Source: a virus. Taken from it: a DNA stretch of 59,175 nucleotides. The stretch's first letter is position 1; the number at the start of each line of letters is the position of its first letter. The position numbers were made by a program, and so were the translations under genes. Positions 1 to 9,515 of the stretch are shown here, piece after piece. The notes under the pieces were generated by a model that ran no database searches, was not told where the DNA came from, and saw nothing but the letters and a program-made list of their open reading frames with translations. The stretch is from the IMG/VR virus record IMGVR_UViG_3300045988_086641, positions 1 to 59,175 of that record, one strand, 5' to 3'.

Positions 1-119
1 AAGTGCAAAAGAAATCATTAACTTATTTAAGAATAAAAAGTATGGAGAAATGTCCGAGTATAACTATAAACACAGATATGGTAAAGCATTTAGAGAAAAA
101 TACAAAAGAGAAAAAAAAC
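1..119. repeat. Terminal overlap: nt 1-119 are identical to nt 59057-59175 (circular-contig overlap or terminal redundancy)
   Basis: Direct comparison of the first and last lines of the window; the identity starts at 'aagtgcaaaagaaatc' and runs to the window end. Confidence 0.9.
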
Positions 120-130
120 AAGTAAATTAG
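2..130 (+). CDS. C-terminal part of the junction-spanning gene that starts at 58915 (small HTH-like protein)
   Basis: The reading frame continues from the window end through the 119-nt overlap to TAG at 128-130. Confidence 0.5.
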   Translation, partial: SAKEIINLFKNKKYGEMSEYNYKHRYGKAFREKYKREKKQVN

Positions 131-171
131 TCCATCCAAATATATTGACCGTAGTCAAAAAACCTCTATAT

Positions 172-198
172 CAACGTTTAAAAGGCGTTGATTTTTTG
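172..198 (+). terminator. Intrinsic terminator (stem CAACG/CGTTG followed by a T-run)
   Basis: Hairpin 'caacgtttaaaaggcgttg' followed by 'atttttt'. Confidence 0.5.
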
Positions 199-214
199 TT
201 TCTCGTATAATTAT
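196..214 (+). promoter_or_regulatory. Phage promoter consensus TTTTTG-N-CTCGTATAAT, copy 1
   Basis: The motif 'ttttgtttctcgtataattat' recurs at 621-640, 6318-6340 and 11795-11815, each directly upstream of an RBS and a start codon. Confidence 0.5.
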
Positions 215-230
215 ATTGAGGAGGATAATT

Positions 231-605
231 ATGTTTGACAATTTAACTATAGAGGAAGTTGTCGATAAATTGAAAGAAGTTAGGGATGCTAAAAAGATTT
301 TCGATGCACAAGAAAAAGCATTGAAGCAAAGAATTCTAGAAGATGGAAGAAATGAAATTCAAGGTAATAATGCTACAGTAAAAATAACTATAAGAAGTAA
401 AGAAGTATTCAATGAGGAAGCATTTATCGAAAAATTCAAAAATGATAACTCATTTGAGGAAGCAGTTAAAAATACTGTATTACATACTAAATTAGTTATT
501 GATAACGAAGCATTAACTCAAGCCGTTGAGGATAAAATCATTCCATTAGAATACGTAATTCCTTTCAATGAAGTAACTGAATCTAAAGTAATCAATGTAA
601 AATAG
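231..605 (+). CDS. hypothetical early protein
   Basis: ORF with RBS GAGGAGG 7 nt upstream of ATG 231; the track's TTG 216 start is less likely. Confidence 0.6.
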   Translation: MFDNLTIEEVVDKLKEVRDAKKIFDAQEKALKQRILEDGRNEIQGNNATVKITIRSKEVFNEEAFIEKFKNDNSFEEAVKNTVLHTKLVIDNEALTQAVEDKIIPLEYVIPFNEVTESKVINVK

Positions 606-626
606 ACCTGATGGTCTATTTTTTTG
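604..626 (+). terminator. Intrinsic terminator (AGACC/GGTCT + T7)
   Basis: 'agacctgatggtctattttttt' immediately after the stop at 605. Confidence 0.6.
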
Positions 627-640
627 TCTCGTATAATTAT
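621..640 (+). promoter_or_regulatory. Phage promoter consensus CTCGTATAAT, copy 2
   Basis: 'tttttgtctcgtataattat' followed by RBS AAGGAGG and ATG 662. Confidence 0.5.
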
Positions 641-661
641 TTATGAAGGAGGTAACAAATC

Positions 662-1003
662 ATGTATAATGAAAATGGATATGATGCTACTCTTACTGCT
701 TGTGTTAATTATTGGGCAATGACGGACCCTAAACTAACCCAAACGGAGAGAGATTTTTATGTTTTTGTTTGTTTTAATGTAAACAATATGGTGACACCAA
801 GTAGAACTATTACTATGGAAGAGGTAATAGAAAATATGCAAGAATATTTTAGAGTAAACCGAGATGTCGTTATTTTAGTTCTAAACAGTTTAATAAGCAA
901 AGGATATTTATACGAAAGTGGTTGGCCTAACCTAGAATTCGTACCAGAACATGAAAGATTTATTCCAGAATTGGAAAATAATGAGGACAATGCGGAGGTA
1001 TAA
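662..1003 (+). CDS. hypothetical protein
   Basis: ORF with RBS AAGGAGG. Confidence 0.6.
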   Translation: MYNENGYDATLTACVNYWAMTDPKLTQTERDFYVFVCFNVNNMVTPSRTITMEEVIENMQEYFRVNRDVVILVLNSLISKGYLYESGWPNLEFVPEHERFIPELENNEDNAEV

Positions 1004-1005
1004 TA

Positions 1006-1967
1006 TGGACAAAGAGTATATAAAAGTTTACAAGGAATGGTTACAAAATCCAAACTTATCTAAAACAGATTGTATTATGCTTGGCTTATTAAATTCTTTA
1101 TGCAAGAAGAATGATTACTGCTGGGCTACTAATAAATATCTAGGAGAAGAATTAGGTATAAACGAAACAAGTGCCAGTTCTTGTATTAACAAACTAAAAA
1201 ATCTTAAGTTAATTTTAGTAGTGAATAATGTACCAGCTAGAATAAAAAATAGAGAGGATAATACCTATTATTTTACCCAACAAAGATATATTTTTATGAA
1301 CACTGAAGAAGGTAGAGAAAAAAGAACACAGGTTCTGAAAAATCAAAAATCGCAGGTTCTGAAAAATCATAAATCGCAGGTTCTGAAAAATCATGAGCAA
1401 TATAATAATAATCTAATAAATAATATTTCTAATAGTAATATATCTAAAGATATATCAACTATTAGTGCCACGGAGGCACCCCGTATGGAAAAGGAAACTA
1501 AAAATGATAATATAAATACTAAAATTGGTAATGATGAATTTTTAGTGGATGGGGTGGACGTATTCGCATCCATTTCTAAAAAAAGCGCGCCGTGCGAGGG
1601 GGGCGAGGAGAAGCCGAAAAGGAAGCAAGGAGTTAACATAGCACCATACATAGATAAAGTAAAAGAATTTTATCCAACTCAAAAAGATATACAGGATGCC
1701 TTAATAAACTATATCATACAAGTTAATAGACAAAGAGCTATCTGGACTATGGAAGAATGGGAAGATGTTTTAAGATATCTATATGAAAGCACAAGTATAA
1801 GTATTCCAGGCACTAGTGGAAGGAAAGTAATACCTAGTCAAGTATTTAATAAAATACAATTTGCTTTAACCGGAAATGGTAAAACTCCATATATGGATTT
1901 CAAATCGGTACCACCCAGCATGCAAGAAGAAACCTTTGTGCCATCTTTTGACAAGAAAGGATATTAG
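1006..1967 (+). CDS. Putative replisome organiser / replication initiator-like protein (N-terminal winged-HTH-like region, internal iterons)
   Basis: RBS GGAGG before ATG 1006. The N-terminus resembles phage replisome-organiser wHTH. The gene contains 24-bp tandem repeats and a GC-rich island, and sits directly upstream of the sigma, DnaC, DnaB and DnaG genes. Confidence 0.4.
1329..1397. repeat. 2.9 tandem copies of a 24-bp unit CAGGTTCTGAAAAATCA(A/T)AAATCG, iteron-like, inside a CDS
   Basis: Read directly; encodes QVLKN(Q/H)KS three times. Confidence 0.85.
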
Positions 1968-1970
1968 CCA

Positions 1971-2579
1971 ATGACAAAAGAAGAAAGGGAGGCATTGATT
2001 ATAGAGAATATGCCATTAGTTGGATATGCTCTAAATCTATTAGAGTATGATAAGAGTAGATATGATGATTACTTTCAACAAGGGTGCTTACAGTTAATAA
2101 GATGTGTTGATAATTTTAAACCTCAAAATGGAAATAAGTTTTCAACATACGCAGTTAAAAATATTAAATGGTTTCTTAAAGATTACATACAGAGGGATTT
2201 AGTAATTAGACCTCCAGTAATTGGTACCTCGGGAAAAGTAAGAGATGTTAAGATAGATAGTTTTGAAAAGGTAGTTTATAATGATGGTCAAAAGCCAATA
2301 AGATTGGAAGATGTTTTATGTTCAAATATCGGTATCCAGGAAGAGAGTGATATAGAATTCTGTTTAAAGCAATTATTACATAAAGAAGATATTACTTTAA
2401 AGGAGTATGAAGTGTATGTTGAGAGGATAATAGAAGAAAGAGGAATAAAAGCGGTTGCTAAAAATCATAACATAACAATGAGAGAAGCAAAAGATATTAT
2501 AGCTCATACAACAGAACTTCTAAAAATAAAATATAAAATGTTATTTCCAGATAGTTATAATTCGTATAATAAAGAATGA
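1971..2579 (+). CDS. Sigma-70 family RNA polymerase sigma factor
   Basis: Region 2 signature 'QQGCLQLIRCVDNFKPQNGNKFSTYAVKNIKWFLKDYI', matching the D-x-QEG...F-P-G-KFSTYA pattern, plus a C-terminal HTH-like segment. Confidence 0.65.
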   Translation: MTKEEREALIIENMPLVGYALNLLEYDKSRYDDYFQQGCLQLIRCVDNFKPQNGNKFSTYAVKNIKWFLKDYIQRDLVIRPPVIGTSGKVRDVKIDSFEKVVYNDGQKPIRLEDVLCSNIGIQEESDIEFCLKQLLHKEDITLKEYEVYVERIIEERGIKAVAKNHNITMREAKDIIAHTTELLKIKYKMLFPDSYNSYNKE

Positions 2580-2592
2580 GGAGGTAGATTTA

Positions 2593-3282
2593 ATGTATTG
2601 CTACAAAAACGGTAATGATTGTCCGTATAGAAAAACTTGTAAACAAAAAACCTCCGATGGGGAATGTTATAAAATGTGCGTTGATTTTAATGAAATAGAT
2701 TTGATGATGCACAATGCCAATATTCCTAAAGCATATTTACAGCCCATTGTATTATATCCAGGATGCAAAGAAGATGTAGATACCTTTGAAGCATTAAGTT
2801 TAATAAAGACTAATATAACTGGTATGGTTGAAGAAGGTTTTAACTTATACATTAGGTCAGAAAAGAGAGGTAACGGAAAAACAAGTTGGGGAATTAAGAT
2901 ATTGCAAAACTATATACACCATCTAATAGGTAAACCAGGTTCTAAAGATAGGGCATTGTATTTAGATACTAATGAATATTTAAGAGAATTAAAATTAAGT
3001 TTTGATGAAAAAGATAAAGAATTTAAAGAAGTAGAAAAAACTATGAGAGAATGTGATTTATTAGTTTTAGATGGTATAGATGAAATTAAATTATCAGAAT
3101 ACGATAGAAATTATCTTAAAATGATAATAAAAAGTAGGTTGGCGAATGGTAAGAGTAATATCTTTATAGGGAGAAACTTTGGAAATAATTTACTCGACCA
3201 AGTAGGATATGATTTAAAATATTACATAGAAGAAAGAAGTACCGTAATAACAATACTTGGGAATCGAGGTGATATACAATGA
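2593..3282 (+). CDS. DnaC/IstB-like AAA+ helicase loader
   Basis: Walker A 'GNGKTSW' and Walker B 'LLVLDGIDE'; sits directly upstream of the DnaB-like gene. Confidence 0.6.
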   Translation: MYCYKNGNDCPYRKTCKQKTSDGECYKMCVDFNEIDLMMHNANIPKAYLQPIVLYPGCKEDVDTFEALSLIKTNITGMVEEGFNLYIRSEKRGNGKTSWGIKILQNYIHHLIGKPGSKDRALYLDTNEYLRELKLSFDEKDKEFKEVEKTMRECDLLVLDGIDEIKLSEYDRNYLKMIIKSRLANGKSNIFIGRNFGNNLLDQVGYDLKYYIEERSTVITILGNRGDIQ

Positions 3283-4547
3283 TTGAATCACAAATAATTA
3301 GTAAATTATTAAACGGAGGCGATATAGAGTTATTACTTAATGAGAATATTACAAGCGATTATTTCGTTTCCTATAACAAAGAGGCAAAGTTTATCTATAA
3401 CCATTACAATGAGTATAGAAAGCTGCCAACTAAAGAAACCTTTCTAGGAAAGTTTAATGATTTCGAATTCGTAAGCGATAAAGAAGATTGGAGTTACTTA
3501 ATTTTAGGGTTAAGGGAGAACTATATGTTTAATCAATTAGCAATGACCCTTAATGGAATAGTAAAGGATGTAGAAGAAGATTCTTTATCGGCATACCAAA
3601 AACTAAAGAATAAAATTGCAGAACTTGAAGATATAAGACCTATTACCTCAAACGACATCATAAAGGGTGCAAAAGATAGATTAGAAACTTTCAATAGAAA
3701 GATAGATAGTGATACAGCAAATACGATTCCAATAGGCCTAAAAGAAATTGATGATGCAATTGGTGGATGGCAGTTAGGAGAAGAACTTGTTACCATAATG
3801 GCAAGAACAAACCAAGGTAAATCTTGGATACTAATAGATTTATTACTTAATGCCTGGAAGGAAGGCAAAAGAGTAGGGCTTTATAGTGGAGAAATGAGTG
3901 CAGAACAAATAGGATATAGATTTGATGCTTTATATAAACATTTTAGTAATCTAAATCTTATGAGAGGAAATAAAGAGGATAAAGAGAGTTATACTAAATA
4001 CATAGAAGAACTAGAAAAGAAAGATAACTGCTTTATAGTAATAACTCCAAAAGACCTAGGTCATCAAGCCACAGTTAATGATATAGATTTCATGATTAAG
4101 AAATATAACCTAGATATAGTTGGTATAGACCAATTCAGTTTGATGCAAGATTATAGAACTAATTATAAAGAACCATTAAGAATCAAGTTAGGTAATATTT
4201 CTCAAGACCTATTTAACCTATCTATGAAATATCATGTACCTGTTTTAGCTTTATCTCAAGCTAACAGAGCAGCAGCAAAAACAGATACCCCAGAATTAGA
4301 GCATATGAGTGAATCGGATGCTATATCTCAAAACAGTAGTAAAGTAATTAGTATGTCAAGAGTAGGGCAAGAATTAAAACTAGAAGTAGTCAAAAATAGA
4401 TATGGACCAGTTGGAGGACAATTTGTATATCTTTGGGATATTGATAAGGGAGAGTTTAAGTTTTCTAGATATGGAAATGAGAAAGGGGTAAGTAAGGAAG
4501 ATGAGAGCTTAAGCAGAAGAAATAGCGAAGAGGAGTCACCGTTCTAA
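3279..4547 (+). CDS. DnaB-family replicative DNA helicase
   Basis: 'GLKEIDDAIGGWQLGEELVTIMARTNQGKSW' (DnaB Walker A context), 'IVGIDQFSLMQ', and a C-terminal RecA-like fold signature. Confidence 0.75.
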   Translation: MIESQIISKLLNGGDIELLLNENITSDYFVSYNKEAKFIYNHYNEYRKLPTKETFLGKFNDFEFVSDKEDWSYLILGLRENYMFNQLAMTLNGIVKDVEEDSLSAYQKLKNKIAELEDIRPITSNDIIKGAKDRLETFNRKIDSDTANTIPIGLKEIDDAIGGWQLGEELVTIMARTNQGKSWILIDLLLNAWKEGKRVGLYSGEMSAEQIGYRFDALYKHFSNLNLMRGNKEDKESYTKYIEELEKKDNCFIVITPKDLGHQATVNDIDFMIKKYNLDIVGIDQFSLMQDYRTNYKEPLRIKLGNISQDLFNLSMKYHVPVLALSQANRAAAKTDTPELEHMSESDAISQNSSKVISMSRVGQELKLEVVKNRYGPVGGQFVYLWDIDKGEFKFSRYGNEKGVSKEDESLSRRNSEEESPF

Positions 4548-5509
4548 TGTTAATTATTAAAAACAGACAAATAAATGCCACTACTTATGATATACTTAAT
4601 GAATTAAAGAATTACATAATGAATAGGGATGGCAAAGAAATATTCCGAGATATAAGAGATGTCTATACCAATACTATGGTTACTTGTCCTTTTCATAAAC
4701 ATGGAGAAGAAAGGAGACCATCTTGTGGAATAAATAATGAGATGGTGGATGGAAAGATATGGGTTCATTGTTTTACTTGTGGGTATAAAAGCACTTTAGA
4801 AGTATTCATATCAAAAATACTAGGAGTAATTGATGATGGTAATGAAGGAACTAAATGGATATTACAAAACTTTGATGTAACCTATACTAGAAAACTTGAT
4901 ATAAATATTCAAAATAGAAATAACAATGAAAAAGAACAAACAGAGTATGTGGATGAAAAGTTACTAGAACAATACAGGTACTACCACCCATATATGTACA
5001 AAAGAGGTTTAACAAATGAGATTATAGAGAGATATGATATAGGCTATGATAAGGTAACAAATAGTATAACATTTCCTATAAGAGATATAACCGGAAAAAC
5101 TTTGTTTATAGCCAAACGTTCTGTAGTTGGAAAAATATTTATACTCCCATCTTCTCAAAATAAACCGTTATACGGAGTATATGAGTTAGATTATAGTAAA
5201 GCCGATATATTTATCTGTGAATCATTTTTTAATGCCCTAACCCTAGCGAAATGGGGGTATAATGCTATTGCTTTGATGGGAATAGGAAGTAATTATCAAT
5301 ACGAATTGATAAATCAATTACCATTTAGAACTATCTACCTATGTTTAGATGGAGATAATGCTGGAAGGAATGGTGCCAGAAAATTATGTCAACATATAAG
5401 TCCAGGCAAGATAGTATATGAGTATTTGATGCCAGAGGGCAAAGATGTCAATGACTTGACATTTTCTGAATTCCAGAAAATCCCTTGTAAATTAAGGGAT
5501 TACAACTAG
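4547..5509 (+). CDS. DnaG-type DNA primase (CHC2 zinc finger + TOPRIM)
   Basis: 'CPFHKHGEERRPSC...HCFTCGY' zinc finger and the TOPRIM acidic motif 'LCLDGDNAGRNG'. Confidence 0.7.
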   Translation: MLIIKNRQINATTYDILNELKNYIMNRDGKEIFRDIRDVYTNTMVTCPFHKHGEERRPSCGINNEMVDGKIWVHCFTCGYKSTLEVFISKILGVIDDGNEGTKWILQNFDVTYTRKLDINIQNRNNNEKEQTEYVDEKLLEQYRYYHPYMYKRGLTNEIIERYDIGYDKVTNSITFPIRDITGKTLFIAKRSVVGKIFILPSSQNKPLYGVYELDYSKADIFICESFFNALTLAKWGYNAIALMGIGSNYQYELINQLPFRTIYLCLDGDNAGRNGARKLCQHISPGKIVYEYLMPEGKDVNDLTFSEFQKIPCKLRDYN

Positions 5510-5546
5510 GGCGAAAAAAGAAATTAAAAAATTATGGAAAAAACTA

Positions 5547-5575
5547 TTGATTTTTTAAAATTGAAACCATATAAT
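5547..5575 (+). promoter_or_regulatory. Sigma-A-type promoter TTGATT-17-TATAAT
   Basis: Canonical -35, 17-nt spacer and -10 in the primase/sigma intergenic region. Confidence 0.45.
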
Positions 5576-5725
5576 TATATCATGGATAGAATAAGATATT
5601 CCAAAGTGATTGTACTATTCCATTAAGGAAGGTGGTGAACTAATTATATAGGGTTTATTACTTTTACAAAGGCAATGATATTTCAATCCATAATTATATT
5701 TCGAAAGGTGAAAGGTAAAATTATT

Positions 5726-6310
5726 ATGAAATTAAATGAAAATGAAATGTCAGGGGTACAAGGTTTTAATTTAGAGGAGCTAGCACAATTATATAATACA
5801 ACGCAAGATGAATTATATTTTAATCAATTGTGGTATGGTGTAAAGGCTTTTAGCATAAGTATATCAAAAAAATATGTAACAATACCATATGAAGATAAAA
5901 TAAGTATTGCGATGGAGGTTTTATTTAGATGCCTACCAAAACTAAACAGTGGAAAAGGAAAGGTTTTAACTTATTATGGAAATGCTTTAAGATGTGAATA
6001 TATTTCCTATATAGAGAAACAGAAAACTAAAAAAGCAGAGCTTAATGATTCAGCTTATTCTTTAGAGCAATTAAAGGAAGATGTTAACTACGAACCATCA
6101 AAAGAAATAGATTTCTTTTCAGTAGATGATTTTATAAGTGAACATGATTTAGATATTTTAGAATCTTCTGTGGTTAGATTATTAAATGATGGTTATAAAA
6201 CAATGGAGATAAGTAAATCATTAAAATTAAGCTTACAGGATTACAAACAATTACTTACCAATATACAAAATAAAATATTGAATAAACGTTCAGAAGGATT
6301 AACTTTATAA
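5726..6310 (+). CDS. Sigma-factor-like protein (second, divergent sigma-70 family member)
   Basis: 'ISIAMEVLFRCLPKLNSGKGKVLTYYGNALRCEYISYI' resembles sigma region 2, and the C-terminus has an HTH-like segment 'YKTMEISKSLKLSLQDYKQLL'. RBS AAAGGTGAAAGG. Confidence 0.35.
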   Translation: MKLNENEMSGVQGFNLEELAQLYNTTQDELYFNQLWYGVKAFSISISKKYVTIPYEDKISIAMEVLFRCLPKLNSGKGKVLTYYGNALRCEYISYIEKQKTKKAELNDSAYSLEQLKEDVNYEPSKEIDFFSVDDFISEHDLDILESSVVRLLNDGYKTMEISKSLKLSLQDYKQLLTNIQNKILNKRSEGLTL

Positions 6311-6323
6311 TCCTTCTTTTTTT
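6293..6323 (+). terminator. Intrinsic terminator (9-bp stem GAAGGATTA/TAATCCTTC + T7)
   Basis: Hairpin overlapping the stop of the 5726 gene, followed by 'ttttttt'. Confidence 0.55.
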
Positions 6324-6340
6324 GAACTCGTATAATAATT
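6318..6340 (+). promoter_or_regulatory. Phage promoter consensus CTCGTATAAT, copy 3
   Basis: 'tttttttgaactcgtataataatt' upstream of the SSB-like gene. Confidence 0.5.
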
Positions 6341-6376
6341 ATGGGAAGCAAAAATAAAGAAAGTGAGGAAAAAGAT

Positions 6377-7174
6377 ATGGCGAGATTAAGCCCAGCACAA
6401 GCAGCATTATTTCCATCTAATGGTGGAAGAACTAATTTTTTATCTTTAGCTAATGATGGCGATTCTGCAGTAATTAGATTTGCTTACAATAGTTTAGATG
6501 ACATTATTGTAGATACCATTCATGAAGTACAAGATAATGAAGGAAAGAGAAAGGTAATTGGTTGTTTAAGACCAGATAATTCTGCACCATTTTCCCTTTG
6601 TCCTTTATGTAACTCTGGCAATCCAGTAAGAAAGAGCGCTTACTTAAGCGTATTTAACCAGGATGCAGGAGAAATGCAAATATGGCAAAGAAGTGGAGGA
6701 TTTTTTGAGGGTACTTTAAAACCACTGTTCGAAGAGTATAAAGATACCCCATTATATTCAGTTCCATTTAAAGTAAAAAGAAATGGAGCCAAAGGAGACC
6801 CTAAAACAACTTATAGTGTAATTCCATTACCAGTTGATGGAACTACTTTAGAGCAATTAGGAGAACCTATTGATGCAGTAGAACAAGGAATTGTTAAGGA
6901 ATTATCTTTCGAGGAAATGGATAGTTTTGTTAGAACTGGTATTTTACCATCTAACAACCAAAACAATAACGCACCAAGTGGAATTCAACCAAGAGGAAAT
7001 GGTTACCAAAACTTTGGTCAACCAGCTAATGTGGAGAATTACAATCAACCGCAACAAGGTTATGGGGCACCAATGCCTCAACAAGGATATCCACAAAATA
7101 ATTATGGATACCAGCCACAAGCACCTGCGAATAATAATCGAAGAACTATAAATAACGGTAACGGTGGCTATTAG
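6377..7174 (+). CDS. gp32-like zinc-binding ssDNA-binding protein with a Q/N/G/Y-rich low-complexity C-terminal tail
   Basis: H49-x13-C63-x11-C75-x2-C78 mirrors the T4 gp32 His64/Cys77/Cys87/Cys90 zinc site. RBS GAGGAAAAAG before ATG 6377. The last ~80 aa are NNQNN/QQGY repeats. Confidence 0.45.
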   Translation: MARLSPAQAALFPSNGGRTNFLSLANDGDSAVIRFAYNSLDDIIVDTIHEVQDNEGKRKVIGCLRPDNSAPFSLCPLCNSGNPVRKSAYLSVFNQDAGEMQIWQRSGGFFEGTLKPLFEEYKDTPLYSVPFKVKRNGAKGDPKTTYSVIPLPVDGTTLEQLGEPIDAVEQGIVKELSFEEMDSFVRTGILPSNNQNNNAPSGIQPRGNGYQNFGQPANVENYNQPQQGYGAPMPQQGYPQNNYGYQPQAPANNNRRTINNGNGGY

Positions 7175-7176
7175 TT

Positions 7177-9453
7177 ATGGCACTCTTTGATACTTATTCC
7201 CGAACTTCAAAAGAACTTGATAGAATGTTGAAGGAAAGAGCATTAAAGAAATCACAGAGCAAAAGAGCCTCAAAGAGCAATAACCTGTTAAATAGAATAA
7301 ATACCATAAGAGAAAGAGTTAATGAAAATCTTGGCGAGTACAAGAACGACTATGTAATATTAAAGAGCAATGAAGAAATAGAAAATTATTTCAAAAGTAT
7401 AAAAGCAAATGGAATAGCCGCAATAGATACAGAAACCACAGGATTAAACTTTTTTGAAGATGTTATAGTAGGAATATGTTTATATACAGAGGGAGAAAAA
7501 GCTTCCTATATCCCTCTTAATCATATTTCAAGTATTTATAATAAGAGGTTAGATAATCAGGCGGATATTGAATTTGTTAAAAGTAAGATGAAGGAATTAG
7601 TAGATTTGAATATTAAATTCATTTATCACAATGGTAAGTTTGATATCAATATGCTAGAAACATTCTTGGGTTCAAAAATGAATTGTCCTTATTGGGATAC
7701 ATTAGTGGCAAGTTATTTAATTACAAATGATGAATATAAAAGAAGTCTAAAAGACCAATATAGTAAATATTGTAGTCATTTAGAGAATAAGGATAAGATA
7801 GAAACCTTATCACACTTTAATGATTTATTCGAAGGATTAAGATTTGACCAGGTACCTATTGATAGTGGTTATATATATGCCGCAAGAGATGCCTGGATGA
7901 CTTATAAGCTATATGAACACCAAAAAGAATTCTTCGAGAGACCAGAAAACAAAGATATTTATAAATTGTTTATGGAGGTAGAAGTTCCATTAATACAAGT
8001 AACTGCTTCAATGCAAAGAACGGGGGTTGCTATAGATATGGAACTAGCCGATAAACTAAAAAAAGAATATGATGAAAAAATGGAGAAGGTAACTAAAGAG
8101 GTAGAAGAACTTATTTCTCAATATGAGGATAAGATAGTTAAGTATAGAATGATTCATTATAACACCAAGTTACAAAACCCAATCAATTTCAATAGTCCAG
8201 AGCAACTGGCTATATTGTTATATGATATAATAGGATGCCAAAGTGGTAACAAAGATAATCCAAGAGCCGTAGATGAGGCATCTTTAAAACATATCAATAT
8301 ACCATTGACTAATGCTATTTTAGAATATAGAACGATTAAGAAGCTATTAAGTACCTATATAGAAGCAATACCAGCTAAAATCGAAAAGGTAACTGGAAGG
8401 TTACATGCTTCTTTTAATCAAAATGGCGCTGATACAGGAAGGTTTAGTTCTTCTGACCCTAACTTACAGAATATACCTAGAGATGGAGGTATAAGATGTA
8501 TGTTCAAGGCAACCGATGGTTATTATATGGTAGGTGCCGATTATTCTCAACAAGAGCCAAGAATTCTTGCACATTTATGTGGGGATGAAAATATGATAAA
8601 TGCCTATAAAACAGGAAGAGATTTATATTCAACAATGGCAAGTTTAGCATTCCATGTTCCATATGAAGATTGTAGAGAGTTCTATCCAGATGGTACAGTA
8701 AATAAAGAAGGTAAAGCAAGAAGAAGTAGAATCAAAGCCGTAGTTTTAGGACTTATGTATGGTAGAGGAGATGCTTCTGTTGCAGAGCAATTAGGTATAA
8801 CGGTAGAAGAGGCAAGAGATTTATCTAATTCTTTATTTCAAGGATTTCCTAAAATCAAAGAGTATATAGAGAAAGCTAAAGCCGAAGCAAAGAAAACTGG
8901 TTATACAACTACCTTATGGGGTAGAAGAAGATATCTTAAATATATTCAAAAAGAAAGATATGAATATAAGTATGGAGTAAATAGACCTATAAACTTTGAC
9001 CCATTATTTGATTCAGATGAGGAAGTGGATAATGAGGTGAGCCAGAAGATAAAAGATTACTATAATGCAAAACTTGAAAAAGCATCTTATAATCAAAGAA
9101 GAAAGATTATGGAGGAGGCATTGAGTAATGGTATTATCATTGAAGATAATGGTGCTTGGTTGGCTTCAAGCGAAAGACAAGTAGTTAATGGAATTGTTCA
9201 AGGTTCGGCGGCAGATATGACAAAAAGAGCTATGGTAGCCCTTTATAATCATGAAGAGTTGAATAAATTGGGATTCCGATTACTTATGTCAGTGCATGAT
9301 GAGAATATAGGAGAATGTCCTATAGAGAATGTTAAGAGGGTAACTGAATTACTATCGGAAGTAATGATTAAAGCAAATGATAGATGTTCAGTGCCAATGA
9401 AGTGTGATGCTGAAATATCAGCTTGCTGGTATGGGGAGAGTATCCACGTATAA
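7177..9453 (+). CDS. Family A DNA polymerase with 3'-5' exonuclease domain
   Basis: Exo I 'IDTETTGL'; Pol motif A 'DYSQQEPRILAHL'; motif B 'RRSRIKAVVLGLMYG'; motif C 'VHDE'. Confidence 0.85.
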   Translation: MALFDTYSRTSKELDRMLKERALKKSQSKRASKSNNLLNRINTIRERVNENLGEYKNDYVILKSNEEIENYFKSIKANGIAAIDTETTGLNFFEDVIVGICLYTEGEKASYIPLNHISSIYNKRLDNQADIEFVKSKMKELVDLNIKFIYHNGKFDINMLETFLGSKMNCPYWDTLVASYLITNDEYKRSLKDQYSKYCSHLENKDKIETLSHFNDLFEGLRFDQVPIDSGYIYAARDAWMTYKLYEHQKEFFERPENKDIYKLFMEVEVPLIQVTASMQRTGVAIDMELADKLKKEYDEKMEKVTKEVEELISQYEDKIVKYRMIHYNTKLQNPINFNSPEQLAILLYDIIGCQSGNKDNPRAVDEASLKHINIPLTNAILEYRTIKKLLSTYIEAIPAKIEKVTGRLHASFNQNGADTGRFSSSDPNLQNIPRDGGIRCMFKATDGYYMVGADYSQQEPRILAHLCGDENMINAYKTGRDLYSTMASLAFHVPYEDCREFYPDGTVNKEGKARRSRIKAVVLGLMYGRGDASVAEQLGITVEEARDLSNSLFQGFPKIKEYIEKAKAEAKKTGYTTTLWGRRRYLKYIQKERYEYKYGVNRPINFDPLFDSDEEVDNEVSQKIKDYYNAKLEKASYNQRRKIMEEALSNGIIIEDNGAWLASSERQVVNGIVQGSAADMTKRAMVALYNHEELNKLGFRLLMSVHDENIGECPIENVKRVTELLSEVMIKANDRCSVPMKCDAEISACWYGESIHV

Positions 9454-9462
9454 TAATTATAG
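9440..9462 (+). promoter_or_regulatory. Phage promoter variant CCACGTATAATAATTAT (overlaps the polymerase stop codon)
   Basis: The same 11-mer CCACGTATAAT recurs at 57155-57165. Both overlap a '...HV*' gene end and precede an RBS. Confidence 0.4.
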
Positions 9463-9515
9463 GTGGAAGGTATCCACAACCCAATCCACTTGAAAAACTA
9501 AAAGGAGGTAAAATT

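Noticed and set aside
188-211. TTGATT as a -35 for the CTCGTATAAT promoter copy 1
   Set aside because: The spacer is only 12 nt, and the other copies lack any TTGACA-like element at the right distance. The motif is therefore treated as a distinct (phage sigma or extended -10) class.
1578-1625. GC-rich island as foreign insertion or contamination
   Set aside because: It is in frame within a continuous ORF and is flanked seamlessly by typical AT-rich sequence. It is more likely a functional site (origin-associated) than a chimera.
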